Source: Pseudolabrys sp. | Lineage (GTDB): Bacteria; Pseudomonadota; Alphaproteobacteria; Rhizobiales; Xanthobacteraceae | Direction: 5' to 3' | Assembly: GCF_035943735.1 (NCBI RefSeq) | Contig: NZ_DASZBV010000019.1 | Location: 5,463 to 69,462, forward strand | DNA length: 64,000 nt | Shown: positions 46,559 through 54,833 of the stretch, piece by piece | Position numbering within the stretch: position 1 is the stretch's first letter | Layout of the letters: each line of letters begins with the position of its first letter | Program-made: the position numbers and the translations under genes | The notes under the pieces: model-generated | Database searches by the model: none | The model's input: only the letters and a program-made list of their open reading frames with translations | What the model was told of the DNA's origin: nothing

Positions 46559-46573
46559 ATTAGTGAAACGAAT
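46559..46573. promoter_or_regulatory. candidate LysR-type (T-N11-A) site ATTAGTGAAACGAAT
   Basis: Imperfect dyad in the AT-rich divergent region between the DUF1127 and LysR genes. Confidence 0.25.
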
Positions 46574-46646
46574 GTTTTTAATCTGATCGATAAAGCTTGC
46601 TGATAGACGATCCGCCCGGTTGAAAAACCTTAGCCAAATCAGGACG

Positions 46647-47531
46647 ATGCTTATGACCGCGCTCCTCGACATCGACCAGTTGCGCACCTTTATTGCCATC
46701 GCCGAGACCGGCAGCTTCACCCGCGCCGCCGAGGTCGTGCACAAGACGCAGTCGGCCGTGTCGATGCAGATGAAGCGGCTGGAGGAGCGCATCGAGCGCC
46801 CGATCTTCGCCCGCGACGGCCGCGCCTCGAAGCTCACCGAGGACGGGCAGCGGCTGCTCGATTACGCCCGCCGCATCGTCAATCTCAACGTCGAGACGCT
46901 CGCCGCCTTTTCCGACGCGGCGCTGTCCGGCCGGGTACGGCTCGGCGTGCCGGACGACTATGCCGACCGCTATCTGCCGGAGATCATGGCGCGCTTCTCG
47001 CGCAGCTATCCGGCAGTAGAGCTCACCGTGATCTGCGAGCCGTCGATGGACCTGCTCGAGCGCATCGACGGCAACGAGATCGATCTCGCCATCGTCACCA
47101 ATTGCGAGACCAAGCGGGCGGCCGAGACCTTCCGCCGCGAGCGGCTCTTGTGGGTGACGTCGAACCGGCATGCGGTCCATAGCGAGCCATGCGTCGCGCT
47201 CGCGCTCGGGCGGCCGTCCTGCTCCTGGCGGCGCAGCGCCATCGAGCGGCTGGAGTCGGTCGGCCGGCCCTATCGCGTCCTGTATTCGAGCTCGAACGCC
47301 GGCGCGGTGGCCGCCGCCGTACTGGCCGGACTCGCGGTGTCGGTGCTGCCGGAATCGGGATTGCGTCCCGGCATGCGCGTGCTCACCGCAGGCGACGGTT
47401 TTCCCGAGCTGCCGAGCTGCCGCATCGGCCTGGTGCGCAACGCGCACGAATCGTCCGCCCTGGCCGATGCGCTGGCCGAGCACATCGTCTCCTCGCTCGA
47501 CAACCTGTCGGACGCGCAGGCAGCGGAATAG
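46647..47531 (+). CDS. LysR family transcriptional regulator
   Basis: N-terminal HTH (LDIDQLRTFIAIAETGSFTRAAEVVHKTQSAVSMQMKRLE) and a LysR substrate-binding domain. Confidence 0.92.
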   Translation: MLMTALLDIDQLRTFIAIAETGSFTRAAEVVHKTQSAVSMQMKRLEERIERPIFARDGRASKLTEDGQRLLDYARRIVNLNVETLAAFSDAALSGRVRLGVPDDYADRYLPEIMARFSRSYPAVELTVICEPSMDLLERIDGNEIDLAIVTNCETKRAAETFRRERLLWVTSNRHAVHSEPCVALALGRPSCSWRRSAIERLESVGRPYRVLYSSSNAGAVAAAVLAGLAVSVLPESGLRPGMRVLTAGDGFPELPSCRIGLVRNAHESSALADALAEHIVSSLDNLSDAQAAE

Positions 47532-48452
47532 TCATTTGCGCGGTGCGCGCAGCACCAGCAGATTGCCGGCAAGCACCGCGGCGAGACCGAGCACCGCGAG
47601 CAGACTCCAGCGGTAGTTTTCGGCGAAGGTCGACACGATCAGCGCGATCACAGGATACATTACGGTGGTGTAGCCGGCGCGCGCCGCGCCGATGCGGCCG
47701 AGAAGCGTGAAATAGACGCTGAAGGCAATCACCGAGCCGATGACGGAGAGATAGAGCAGGCCGCCGAGATAGGTGGCGCTCCATTCGAGCGTGAAGCGGT
47801 CGCCGCGGGCGAGCGAGAACAGCACCATCAGCCCGGCGCCGTAGGCCATGCTCCAGCCGATGGTGGCGAAGATCGGCAGGCCTCTGCGCTGCGCCGCCAG
47901 CGACAGCATGTTGCCGATGCAGAAGCACACCGTGCCCGCGAGCGACAGCGCCAGCCCGATCAGCGCGGCGATGTCGAGCCGCATGCCGCCGAGCTCGGGA
48001 TAGAACATCAGCGCGACGCCGACGACGCCGAAGACACCGCCGGCAAGCACGCGGCGTTCGACCCGCGTGCCGAAGATCAGGCTGCCGAGCGCGACATTGC
48101 CGATCGAGGCGAGCGAGAACACGATCGACAAGAGGCCGGAGGCGACGTGCGCGCCGGCGTAGTAGAACAGCACGAAATTGGTCGAGAAGATCGCGGCGCC
48201 GAGGCCGAGGAATTAGCGATGCTCGGCGAGGCGGAATCTGAGCCGCTCGCCACGCCAGGCGGCGAGCAGCAGCATCAGCGGCGAGGCCGTAGCGAAGCGC
48301 TAGATGACGGACACTTCCGGCGCCACCTGCCCGATCTGGTAATGCAGCGCGATCCAGGAGAAGCCCCAGACCAGCACGGAGACGGCGTAGAGCGCATAAT
48401 CGAGCGGCGCGAAGCCGCGCGGCCGGCCGGAGGGCTTGTCAGAGATTGACAT
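47532..48452 (-). pseudogene. DMT/EamA family transporter gene interrupted by two in-frame stop codons
   Basis: A single 307-codon frame runs from ATG 48452 to the stop at 47532. It contains TAG at 48300-48302 (codon 51) and TAA at 48213-48215 (codon 80). Sequence on both sides of each stop is EamA-like (…PEVSVI*RFATASPLMLLLAAWRGERLRF…HR*FLGLGAAIFSTNFVLFYYAG…). Confidence 0.8.
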
Positions 48453-48461
48453 CGTTGGTGC

Positions 48462-48932
48462 CTAACACAATTCGGCGGCCGTCGCGTTCAGCACCAACAC
48501 CAGATCCGCCGGCGCCAGCTCGGCCTGCAGGCCGCGGCGGCCACCATTGACGACAATGCGCGGATGAGCGAGTGCCGCCTGCTCGACGAAGACGCGCGCG
48601 CGTTTCTTCTGCCCGAACGGCGAGATGCCGCCGACGTGATAACCGGTGATACGCTCGGCCTCGGCAGCACCCAGCATCGCCGCGCTCTTGGCGCCGGCGG
48701 CGGCAGCGAGCCTCTTCAAATTTACTTCGCGGTCGGACGGCGCCAGCACGCACACAATCTCGTCGCCGGCTTTCGCCATCAGCGTCTTCAGGAGCCGCGC
48801 CGGCTCGATGCCGAGCGCTTCCGCCGCCTGCATGCCGATGCGCGCGGCGTTCGGGTCGTAGTCGTATTCGTGCAGTTGGAACGTGACGCCGGCGTTTTGC
48901 AGCGCCAGCGTCGCGGGTGTGGATTTGGCCAT
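48462..48932 (-). CDS. ybaK: Cys-tRNA(Pro)/Cys-tRNA(Cys) deacylase YbaK
   Basis: ATG at 48932. YbaK family (TLALQ..GV.F..HEY...; GY..GGISPFGQKK). Confidence 0.88.
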   Translation of the reverse strand: MAKSTPATLALQNAGVTFQLHEYDYDPNAARIGMQAAEALGIEPARLLKTLMAKAGDEIVCVLAPSDREVNLKRLAAAAGAKSAAMLGAAEAERITGYHVGGISPFGQKKRARVFVEQAALAHPRIVVNGGRRGLQAELAPADLVLVLNATAAELC

Positions 48933-48946
48933 GGCTTCATCTTTCA

Positions 48947-49096
48947 CCTCTCCCCGCAATGCGGGGAGAGGTCGACATGCCGAGCGGCAGCGAGGCGTGT
49001 CGGGTGAGGGGCGAGCCACAGCGTTGCAACAAACGCCCCCTCACCCGACTCGCACCTACGGTGCTCGCCACCCTCTCCCCGCAAGCGGGGAGAGGG
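48947..49096. repeat. ~150-bp nested palindrome (REP/MITE-like)
   Basis: CCTCTCCCCGC-aat-GCGGGGAGAGG ... GGGTGAGGGG ... CCCCCTCACCC ... CCCTCTCCCCGC-aa-GCGGGGAGAGGG. Confidence 0.9.
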
Positions 49097-49103
49097 AAGA
49101 AAA

Positions 49104-50474
49104 CTAATACGCATACTCGCTGAAGATCGGATCGACCGAGCCGTTCCACTCGTTGAAATACTTCTCAAGCAGTTCCTCGGCCGGCGTGATGCCGCGGGCG
49201 ATGCTCTCTTCCAGAGGCCGCAAATAGCGCGTTTCGTCGCGGCCGTTGCGGTCGAGGCGCTGACGCTTCTGCAGGCCGCGGCGGGCAAGCCGCATGGTCT
49301 CCTGCGCCAGTGTGAGCACGTTGGTCTTGCCGATCTCGGCACGGAAGCCGCGCTGCGGCACGTCGTTGCGCAACTTCTGGCGTTCCTCGGCGGTCCAGTC
49401 CTTGACGATGTCCCAGCAGGCATCGAGCGCCTCGTCGTCGTAGAGCAGCCCGACCCAGTAGGCCGACAGCGACGGGAGCCGCCGCCACGGGCCGGCGTCC
49501 TCGCCGCGCATTTCGAGATAGCGCTTGAGCCGCACCTCCGGGAAAATCGTCGACAGGTGGTTGGCCCAGTCGGAAATGGTCGGCCGCTCGCCCGGCATCG
49601 TGTCGAGTTTGCCGGCGAAGAAATCGCGGAACGACTTGCCGGAGACGTCGATGTACTCGTCGCCGCGCTTCACGAAATACATCGGCACGTCGAGCGCGTA
49701 ATCGACGTAAGCCTCGAAGCCCATGCCGTCCTCGAACGCCCAGGGCAGCATACCGGCGCGCTGGTTGTCGGTATCGGTCCAGATCTGCGAACGCATCGAC
49801 AGGAAGCCGTTCGGCTTGCACTCGGTGAACGGCGAATTGGCGAACAGCGCGGTGGCCACCGGCTGCAGCGCCAGCGACACGCGCAGCTTCCTGACCATGT
49901 CGGCTTCGGAGGAGAAGTCGAGGTTCGCCTGCACGGTGCAGGTGCGGTACATCATGTCGAGACCATACTTGCCGACCTTCGGCATGTAGTTCGTCATGAT
50001 GCGGTAGCGGCCCTTCGGCATCACCGGCATGTCGGCGCGGCTCCAGTTCGGCGTCATGCCTAGCCCGAGGAAGCCGATGCCGAGCGGCTTCGCCACTTCG
50101 CGCACTTGTGCGAGGTGCGAGAACAGTTCCGACGCCGTCTGGTGCACATTGTCGACTGGCGCGCCGGAGAGCTCGAACTGGCCGCCCGGCTCCAGCGAAA
50201 TGGCGCCGCCGCCGGTGACGTCGAACATGCCGATGATGTTCTCGCCCTCCATGATCGGCTCCCAGCCGAGGAGGTCGTGCATGCCTTCGAGCAGCGAGCG
50301 AATCGAGCGGCGGCCGGCATAGGGCACCGGCCGGTGGTCCTCGATGAGGAAGGCGAATTTCTCGTGCTCGGTGCCGACGCGAAATTGCGACTTCGGCTTG
50401 CACCCCTTTTCGAGCCAGGCGACGAGTTCGTCGCGGCTCTCGATCGGGGTCATGTCGATCTGGTCACGCGCCAT
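49104..50474 (-). CDS. gshA: glutamate--cysteine ligase (plant/alphaproteobacterial GCS2 type)
   Basis: 456 aa, GCS2 family (FRVGTEHEKF...). Confidence 0.92.
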   Translation of the reverse strand: MARDQIDMTPIESRDELVAWLEKGCKPKSQFRVGTEHEKFAFLIEDHRPVPYAGRRSIRSLLEGMHDLLGWEPIMEGENIIGMFDVTGGGAISLEPGGQFELSGAPVDNVHQTASELFSHLAQVREVAKPLGIGFLGLGMTPNWSRADMPVMPKGRYRIMTNYMPKVGKYGLDMMYRTCTVQANLDFSSEADMVRKLRVSLALQPVATALFANSPFTECKPNGFLSMRSQIWTDTDNQRAGMLPWAFEDGMGFEAYVDYALDVPMYFVKRGDEYIDVSGKSFRDFFAGKLDTMPGERPTISDWANHLSTIFPEVRLKRYLEMRGEDAGPWRRLPSLSAYWVGLLYDDEALDACWDIVKDWTAEERQKLRNDVPQRGFRAEIGKTNVLTLAQETMRLARRGLQKRQRLDRNGRDETRYLRPLEESIARGITPAEELLEKYFNEWNGSVDPIFSEYAY

Positions 50475-50610
50475 GCAGGGGTCCGTAGCGAAAAGGTCGC
50501 GACCTTAAACATGAGAGGGCGAAAAGGGCAATGCGGCAGGCGACTAGGTGCGCGCCGCCGTTTTGCAAGGGCTGAAAGACGCTTCGCTCGGCCGTGTCGA
50601 CGGGCGCAAA

Positions 50611-51663
50611 TCAGGCGCTTTTGGCTGCGCCGTCCTGCGTTGCGCGGCGCTCATACCAGAGCCGGCTGCGATTCACGATGGCCACCACCGAGAGCATGAC
50701 CGGCACCTCGATGAGCACGCCGACCACGGTCGCCAGCGCCGCGCCCGATTCGAAGCCGAACAGGCTGATCGCCGCGGCAACGGCCAGCTCGAAGAAGTTG
50801 CTGGCGCCGATCAGCGCCGAGGGGCCGGCGACGCAATGCTGCTCGCCGGCAAGCCGGTTGAGGACATAGGCCAGGCCGGCATTGAAATAGACCTGGATCA
50901 GGATCGGCACGGCGAGAAGCACGATCACCAGCGGCTGCGCCAGGATCTGCTGCCCCTGGAAGCCGAACAACAGCACCAAGGTGGCGAGCAGCGCGACGAG
51001 CGACAGAGGCTGTAATGTCCTGAGCAGGTGGTCGAGCGCGGCCATCCCGCCGGCCGCAAGCAAACGCCAGCGCAGCACCTGCGCGACGATGACCGGCACG
51101 ACGATGTAGAGCACCACCGACAGCACCAACGTGTCCCACGGCACGGTGATCGCCGAGAGGCCGAGCAGCAGGCCGACGATCGGTGCGAAGGCGAACACCA
51201 TGATGGTGTCGTTGAGCGCGACCTGCGTCAGCGTGAAATGCGGCTCGCCTTTGCTGAGATTGCTCCAGACGAACACCATCGCCGTGCACGGCGCGGCGGC
51301 GAGCAGGATGAGCCCGGCGATGTAGGAATTGATCTGATCGGCCGGCAGATAGGGCCGAAACAGGAAGCCGACGAACAGCCAGCCGAGCGCAGCCATCGAA
51401 AACGGCTTCACCCCCCAGTTGATGAACAATGTGACGCCGATGCCGCGCCAGTGCTCCTTCACGCGGCCGAGCGCGGCGAAGTCGATCTTGATGAGCATCG
51501 GCACGATCATCAGCCAGATCAGCGCCGCGACCGGCAGATTGACGCGCGCGATCTCGGCGCCACCGATGGCGTGGAAGAGCCGCGGCATCATCTGTCCGAG
51601 CGCGATGCCGGCGACGATGCAGAGCGCGACCCAGAGGGTGAGATAGCGTTCAAACCTGGACAT
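50611..51663 (-). CDS. acr3: arsenite efflux transporter ACR3
   Basis: ATG at 51663 within the listed ORF. ACR3 family (MSRFERYLTLWV..., AAAPCTAMV). Confidence 0.92.
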   Translation of the reverse strand: MSRFERYLTLWVALCIVAGIALGQMMPRLFHAIGGAEIARVNLPVAALIWLMIVPMLIKIDFAALGRVKEHWRGIGVTLFINWGVKPFSMAALGWLFVGFLFRPYLPADQINSYIAGLILLAAAPCTAMVFVWSNLSKGEPHFTLTQVALNDTIMVFAFAPIVGLLLGLSAITVPWDTLVLSVVLYIVVPVIVAQVLRWRLLAAGGMAALDHLLRTLQPLSLVALLATLVLLFGFQGQQILAQPLVIVLLAVPILIQVYFNAGLAYVLNRLAGEQHCVAGPSALIGASNFFELAVAAAISLFGFESGAALATVVGVLIEVPVMLSVVAIVNRSRLWYERRATQDGAAKSA

Positions 51664-51708
51664 AGACCTGATCCGTTTTTGCGCACGCATTGCCACCCAC
51701 TCCGTTCC

Positions 51709-51757
51709 TTCCCGCGCAAGCGGGAATCCAGCGCTGGGTCCCCGCTTTCGGGGGGAC
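51709..51757. repeat. paired hairpins between arsC and acr3
   Basis: TTCCCGC-gcaa-GCGGGAA and GTCCCC-gctttcg-GGGGAC. Confidence 0.7.
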
Positions 51758-51786
51758 GGACAGAGCATTGGGCTGACGCCGCACCG

Positions 51787-52344
51787 CTATTCCGACTTCG
51801 CCATTGCCGTCGCGCCTTCGCTGGCGCCGATGTCTTTGAGCCGCGCGCCGAGCACCATGCGGTCCAGCTTGTCGATCGGCAAAGCGAGAAACAGTTCGAT
51901 GCGCCGCTTGAGCATGCGATAGGCGCTGTTGAAGGCGACGCCGATCTCGGCTTCGGTGCCCGTCACCGTGGCCGGATCGGGAATGCCCCAATGCGCCGTC
52001 ATCGGGTGGCCCGGCCAGAACGGACAGGTCTCGCCGGCGGCGTTGTCGCAGACGGTGAAGACGAAATCGAGTTCGGGCGCGCCGGCCACCGCGAACTCGC
52101 TCCACGATTTCGAGCGCAGCGCCGAGGTGTCGTAGCCGGCATGCTTCAACAGCGTCAGCGCATGGGGATTGGGCTCGCCTTTCGGCTGACTGCCGGCGCT
52201 GAAAGCGCGGAAGCGGCCTTTGCCGTCGCGGTTGAGGATCGCTTCGGCGAGAATCGAGCGCGCCGAGTTGCCGGTACAGAGGAAGAGAACGTTGTAGACG
52301 CGGTCAGACACTTGCACGCTCCTTTGGCGCACAACAGGCGGCAT
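51787..52344 (-). CDS. arsC: arsenate reductase ArsC (LMW-PTPase type)
   Basis: P-loop CTGNSARS, with downstream Cys residues (VCD...ETCP). The start is ATG 52344 or GTG 52314. It overlaps the arsR 3' end. Confidence 0.9.
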   Translation of the reverse strand: MPPVVRQRSVQVSDRVYNVLFLCTGNSARSILAEAILNRDGKGRFRAFSAGSQPKGEPNPHALTLLKHAGYDTSALRSKSWSEFAVAGAPELDFVFTVCDNAAGETCPFWPGHPMTAHWGIPDPATVTGTEAEIGVAFNSAYRMLKRRIELFLALPIDKLDRMVLGARLKDIGASEGATAMAKSE

Positions 52345-52663
52345 TGAATTCCTGGATCACCGGCGCACAGATCGCGGCATTGCCGCCGCAGCAATCGCGC
52401 ATCAGGAAGCCGACGAGACCGCGCAGGCCGTCGAGATCGGCGCGATAGGTCATGACGCGCCCCTGGCGCTCGACGGTGACGAGGCCGGCGCGCGTCAAGG
52501 CGGAGAGATGCGTCGACATCGTGTTGTGCGGCACCTTGCAGGCGGCCGCGACGTCGCCGGCGGCGAGCCCGTCCGGCTGCGCGGCGACAAGTTTGCGGAA
52601 GGCTGTGAGCCGCGTCGGCTGCGCCAGAGCGGCGAAGGCGGCGAGCGCTTTCTTTGCGTCCAT
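52304..52663 (-). CDS. arsR: ArsR/SmtB family transcriptional repressor
   Basis: wHTH (LAQPTRLTAFRKL...) and a C-terminal Cys-rich region (CCGGNAAICAP...ACC). I prefer ATG 52663; the alternative is 52675. Confidence 0.88.
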   Translation of the reverse strand: MDAKKALAAFAALAQPTRLTAFRKLVAAQPDGLAAGDVAAACKVPHNTMSTHLSALTRAGLVTVERQGRVMTYRADLDGLRGLVGFLMRDCCGGNAAICAPVIQEFNAACCAPKERASV

Positions 52664-52664
52664 G

Positions 52665-52682
52665 TGTCGAGACATATCGACA
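52665..52682. promoter_or_regulatory. candidate ArsR operator TGTCGA-N6-TCGACA
   Basis: Perfect 6-bp inverted repeat immediately upstream of, or overlapping, the arsR start. It is preceded on the minus strand by TTGTCC-N17-TAACAT (plus-strand 52682-52710). Confidence 0.4.
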
Positions 52683-52803
52683 TGTTACGACACCTGGATG
52701 ACAGGGACAAGGCGGATCCTTTTGCTCGACGTCGTGGGGAAGCCAACGCTCCGCCGGCCCTGTTCTTTGGTCGGCGTGGGCACGCCGATGTCCCCTTTTC
52801 CTC

Positions 52804-52981
52804 CGCTCCGAAGAGCGAATGGAGCGCCGGGAGGCGCCAGGGGGCTTGCGAGACCCCCTCGTGGGTAGACCGGAACCTCGTGACCGGTCGACCCTGCACG
52901 CCGTTCGGGAGGGAGTGGTTAGTCCCCGTCCCGGGCGCGCCACCCCCTTGCGATCGGGGGTGCTGCGCCTCCCGGCGCTCC
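52804..52981 (-). other. single-copy nested inverted-repeat element / candidate structured RNA
   Basis: A 17-bp perfect stem (52821-52837 with 52965-52981) encloses two 5-bp G/C hairpins and further internal hairpins. Read on the minus strand, the two G/C hairpins close with C-GCAA-G, and an adjacent hairpin is CGCUC-UUCG-GAGCG (52804-52817). Confidence 0.4.
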
Positions 52982-53140
52982 ACACCGTGCTTCACGCGAA
53001 TCGCGTAAAGCCCGGACGGCGCCATTGTCGGGCGCCGGTCCCTCGCAAACCGCCCGACGCGTCATGACGGCGCCGGAGGGCCTCGCAAGGCACATGTGGG
53101 ATAAATCATGCTAAAGGACTATTGTCAATAGACGCGGCAA

Positions 53141-53155
53141 GTTCCCAATTTGTTC
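53141..53155 (+). promoter_or_regulatory. alphaproteobacterial LexA (SOS) box GTTC-N7-GTTC
   Basis: GTTCccaatttGTTC lies 45 nt upstream of the helicase ATG, in an AT-rich stretch. Confidence 0.55.
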
Positions 53156-53199
53156 TTTTGGCCACGATGTTCTAAGACGATCCCTCGCAAGGACCGGTA

Positions 53200-54321
53200 A
53201 TGCCCCAGTTCACCCCGCATCAAGACGACGCGCTCAAAGCGGTCGCCGACTGGCTCAAGGCCAAGCCCGGCGGCGGCTCGACGCCGCCCATCTTTCGCCT
53301 GTTCGGCTATGCCGGCACCGGCAAGACCACCCTCGCCCGCCACATCGCCGACGGCGTCGATGGCGAGGTGAAATATGCCGCCTTCACCGGCAAGGCCGCT
53401 TCGGTCATGCGCGGCAAAGGCTGCCACGGCGCCTCCACCATCCACTCGCTGATCTACCGCACGCGCGAGAGCGGCGACGAGATCCCGAATTTCGACCTGT
53501 GGGACGAGGCGCCGGCGTCGAAGGCGGAGTTGATCATCATCGACGAGTGCTCGATGGTCGATCCCGAACTCGGCAAGGACCTGCTGTCATTCGGCGTGCC
53601 GCTGCTTGTGCTCGGCGATCCGGCACAATTGCCGCCGATTCAGGGCGGCGGCTTCTTCACCGAGGCCGAGCCGGACGTGATGCTGACCGAGGTGCACCGG
53701 CAGGCGCAGGACGATCCGATCGTGCGGCTGTCGATGGATATCCGCGCCGGCGAGTATCTCGAGCCCGGCCGTTACGGCGAGACCGAGGTGGTGGCCAAAG
53801 CCGATCTCGATCCGCAGCGCGTGCTCGACGCCGACCAGGTGCTGGTTGGCCGCAACGCCACGCGGCGCGCCTATAACAACCGCATGCGCGAGCGCCGCGG
53901 CTTCGAGGGCGAATTGCCGTCGGCCGGCGACAAGCTGGTGTGCCTGCGCAACAACCGCAAGAAGGGCCTGTTCAACGGCGGCCTGTGGACGGTGAAGGAC
54001 CGCGGCGGCCGCGCCAAGGCGGCGAAGAGCGGCATCATGACGATGCATCTGCTGCCGGACGACGAGACGGCGCGGCGCGGCGTCAAGGTGTCGGTGCGGC
54101 CGGAGTGCTTCACCGGCGGGCTCGAGGCGCTCGACTGGCAGCGGCGCAAGCCCTACGACGAATTCGATTACGGCTACGTACTCACGGTGCACAAGGCGCA
54201 AGGTTCGCAGTGGGACGACGTCGTGCTGTTCGACGAGTCCTATGCGTTCCAGGAAAGCCGGCAGCGCTGGCTGTACACCGGCGTCACGCGCGCGGCGAAG
54301 CGGCTGACGGTGGTGGTGTAG
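53200..54321 (+). CDS. RecD/Dda-like SF1 DNA helicase (AAA_30 + UvrD_C_2)
   Basis: Walker A GYAGTGKTT, Walker B IIIDECSM, LGDPAQLPPI and C-terminal VHKAQGSQWD. Confidence 0.88.
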   Translation: MPQFTPHQDDALKAVADWLKAKPGGGSTPPIFRLFGYAGTGKTTLARHIADGVDGEVKYAAFTGKAASVMRGKGCHGASTIHSLIYRTRESGDEIPNFDLWDEAPASKAELIIIDECSMVDPELGKDLLSFGVPLLVLGDPAQLPPIQGGGFFTEAEPDVMLTEVHRQAQDDPIVRLSMDIRAGEYLEPGRYGETEVVAKADLDPQRVLDADQVLVGRNATRRAYNNRMRERRGFEGELPSAGDKLVCLRNNRKKGLFNGGLWTVKDRGGRAKAAKSGIMTMHLLPDDETARRGVKVSVRPECFTGGLEALDWQRRKPYDEFDYGYVLTVHKAQGSQWDDVVLFDESYAFQESRQRWLYTGVTRAAKRLTVVV

Positions 54322-54331
54322 GCCTTTTTGA

Positions 54332-54356
54332 CCTCTCCCCGCCTGCGGGGAGAGGG
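54332..54356. repeat. REP hairpin
   Basis: CCTCTCCCCGC-ct-GCGGGGAGAGG. Confidence 0.85.
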
Positions 54357-54366
54357 AAGCAAGCCC

Positions 54367-54771
54367 TCACATCATCCCCTGCCGCTGAAAGTGCTCGCGC
54401 AGGATGGCGACGTTGCGGCGGTTAGCGCGGAAGCCGACATCGAACACGTCGCCGAGCAGCGGAATGGCGCCGACGACGCCCTCGATCGCCACATTGGCGA
54501 CCAGCCGCGCGAACACGGGCTTCGGCACATCGAGTCGATGCGCCTCATACAGCAGATAGCAGGACAGCGCCGAGGCCGCGGCATCGCCGATGCCGGGCAC
54601 GAGTCGCATCACCGCTTCGATGCCGAAGCGAAAATTGGTTCCGGGAATCGCGAAGGCGGTATCGAACACGCGCGCGAGCAGATCGATACGGTCGAGCGTG
54701 GCGCGCTTGCTGTCGCTCGCGCGATAGGAACTCTTCGTGCCGGGAGCTTCGATGGTGATCGTCGGTGCCAT
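54367..54771 (-). CDS. DUF4112 domain membrane protein
   Basis: 134 aa with the DUF4112 pattern (FRFG.EA...LVPGIGD......Y....A.....P). Confidence 0.75.
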   Translation of the reverse strand: MAPTITIEAPGTKSSYRASDSKRATLDRIDLLARVFDTAFAIPGTNFRFGIEAVMRLVPGIGDAAASALSCYLLYEAHRLDVPKPVFARLVANVAIEGVVGAIPLLGDVFDVGFRANRRNVAILREHFQRQGMM

Positions 54772-54833
54772 CGCCGATAGATGGGACCGCGACGGAAAGC
54801 CGCAAGGTTTGTGTCAAATGACATAGACGCGGC

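Noticed and set aside
52685-52783. A 32-codon GTG-initiated ORF (MPTPTKEQGRRSVGFPTTSSKRIRLVPVIQVS) ending just before arsR.
   Set aside because: It has no recognisable family and a weak RBS. It would overlap the candidate arsR promoter. High GC3 alone is not evidence in this genome.
52700-53100. Identity of the structured spacer element as tmRNA, RNase P RNA, 6S RNA, SRP RNA or a cobalamin/ZTP riboswitch.
   Set aside because: There is no T-arm or CCA and no ANDN-type tag frame (tmRNA). There is no GGAAAGUCCGGGC core (RNase P), no GGUGCUGUUUACCAGG-type SRP motif and no B12 box. The fold is multi-branched rather than a 6S-type extended hairpin. It is kept as an unclassified candidate.
53200-54771. 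The RecD-like helicase plus DUF4112 gene as part of a phage-defence or mobile-element module.
   Set aside because: There is no integrase, nuclease, methylase, toxin or phage structural gene nearby. The flanks are housekeeping genes (the ars operon, an MFS transporter and the fad operon). The SOS box argues for a chromosomal DNA-repair role.
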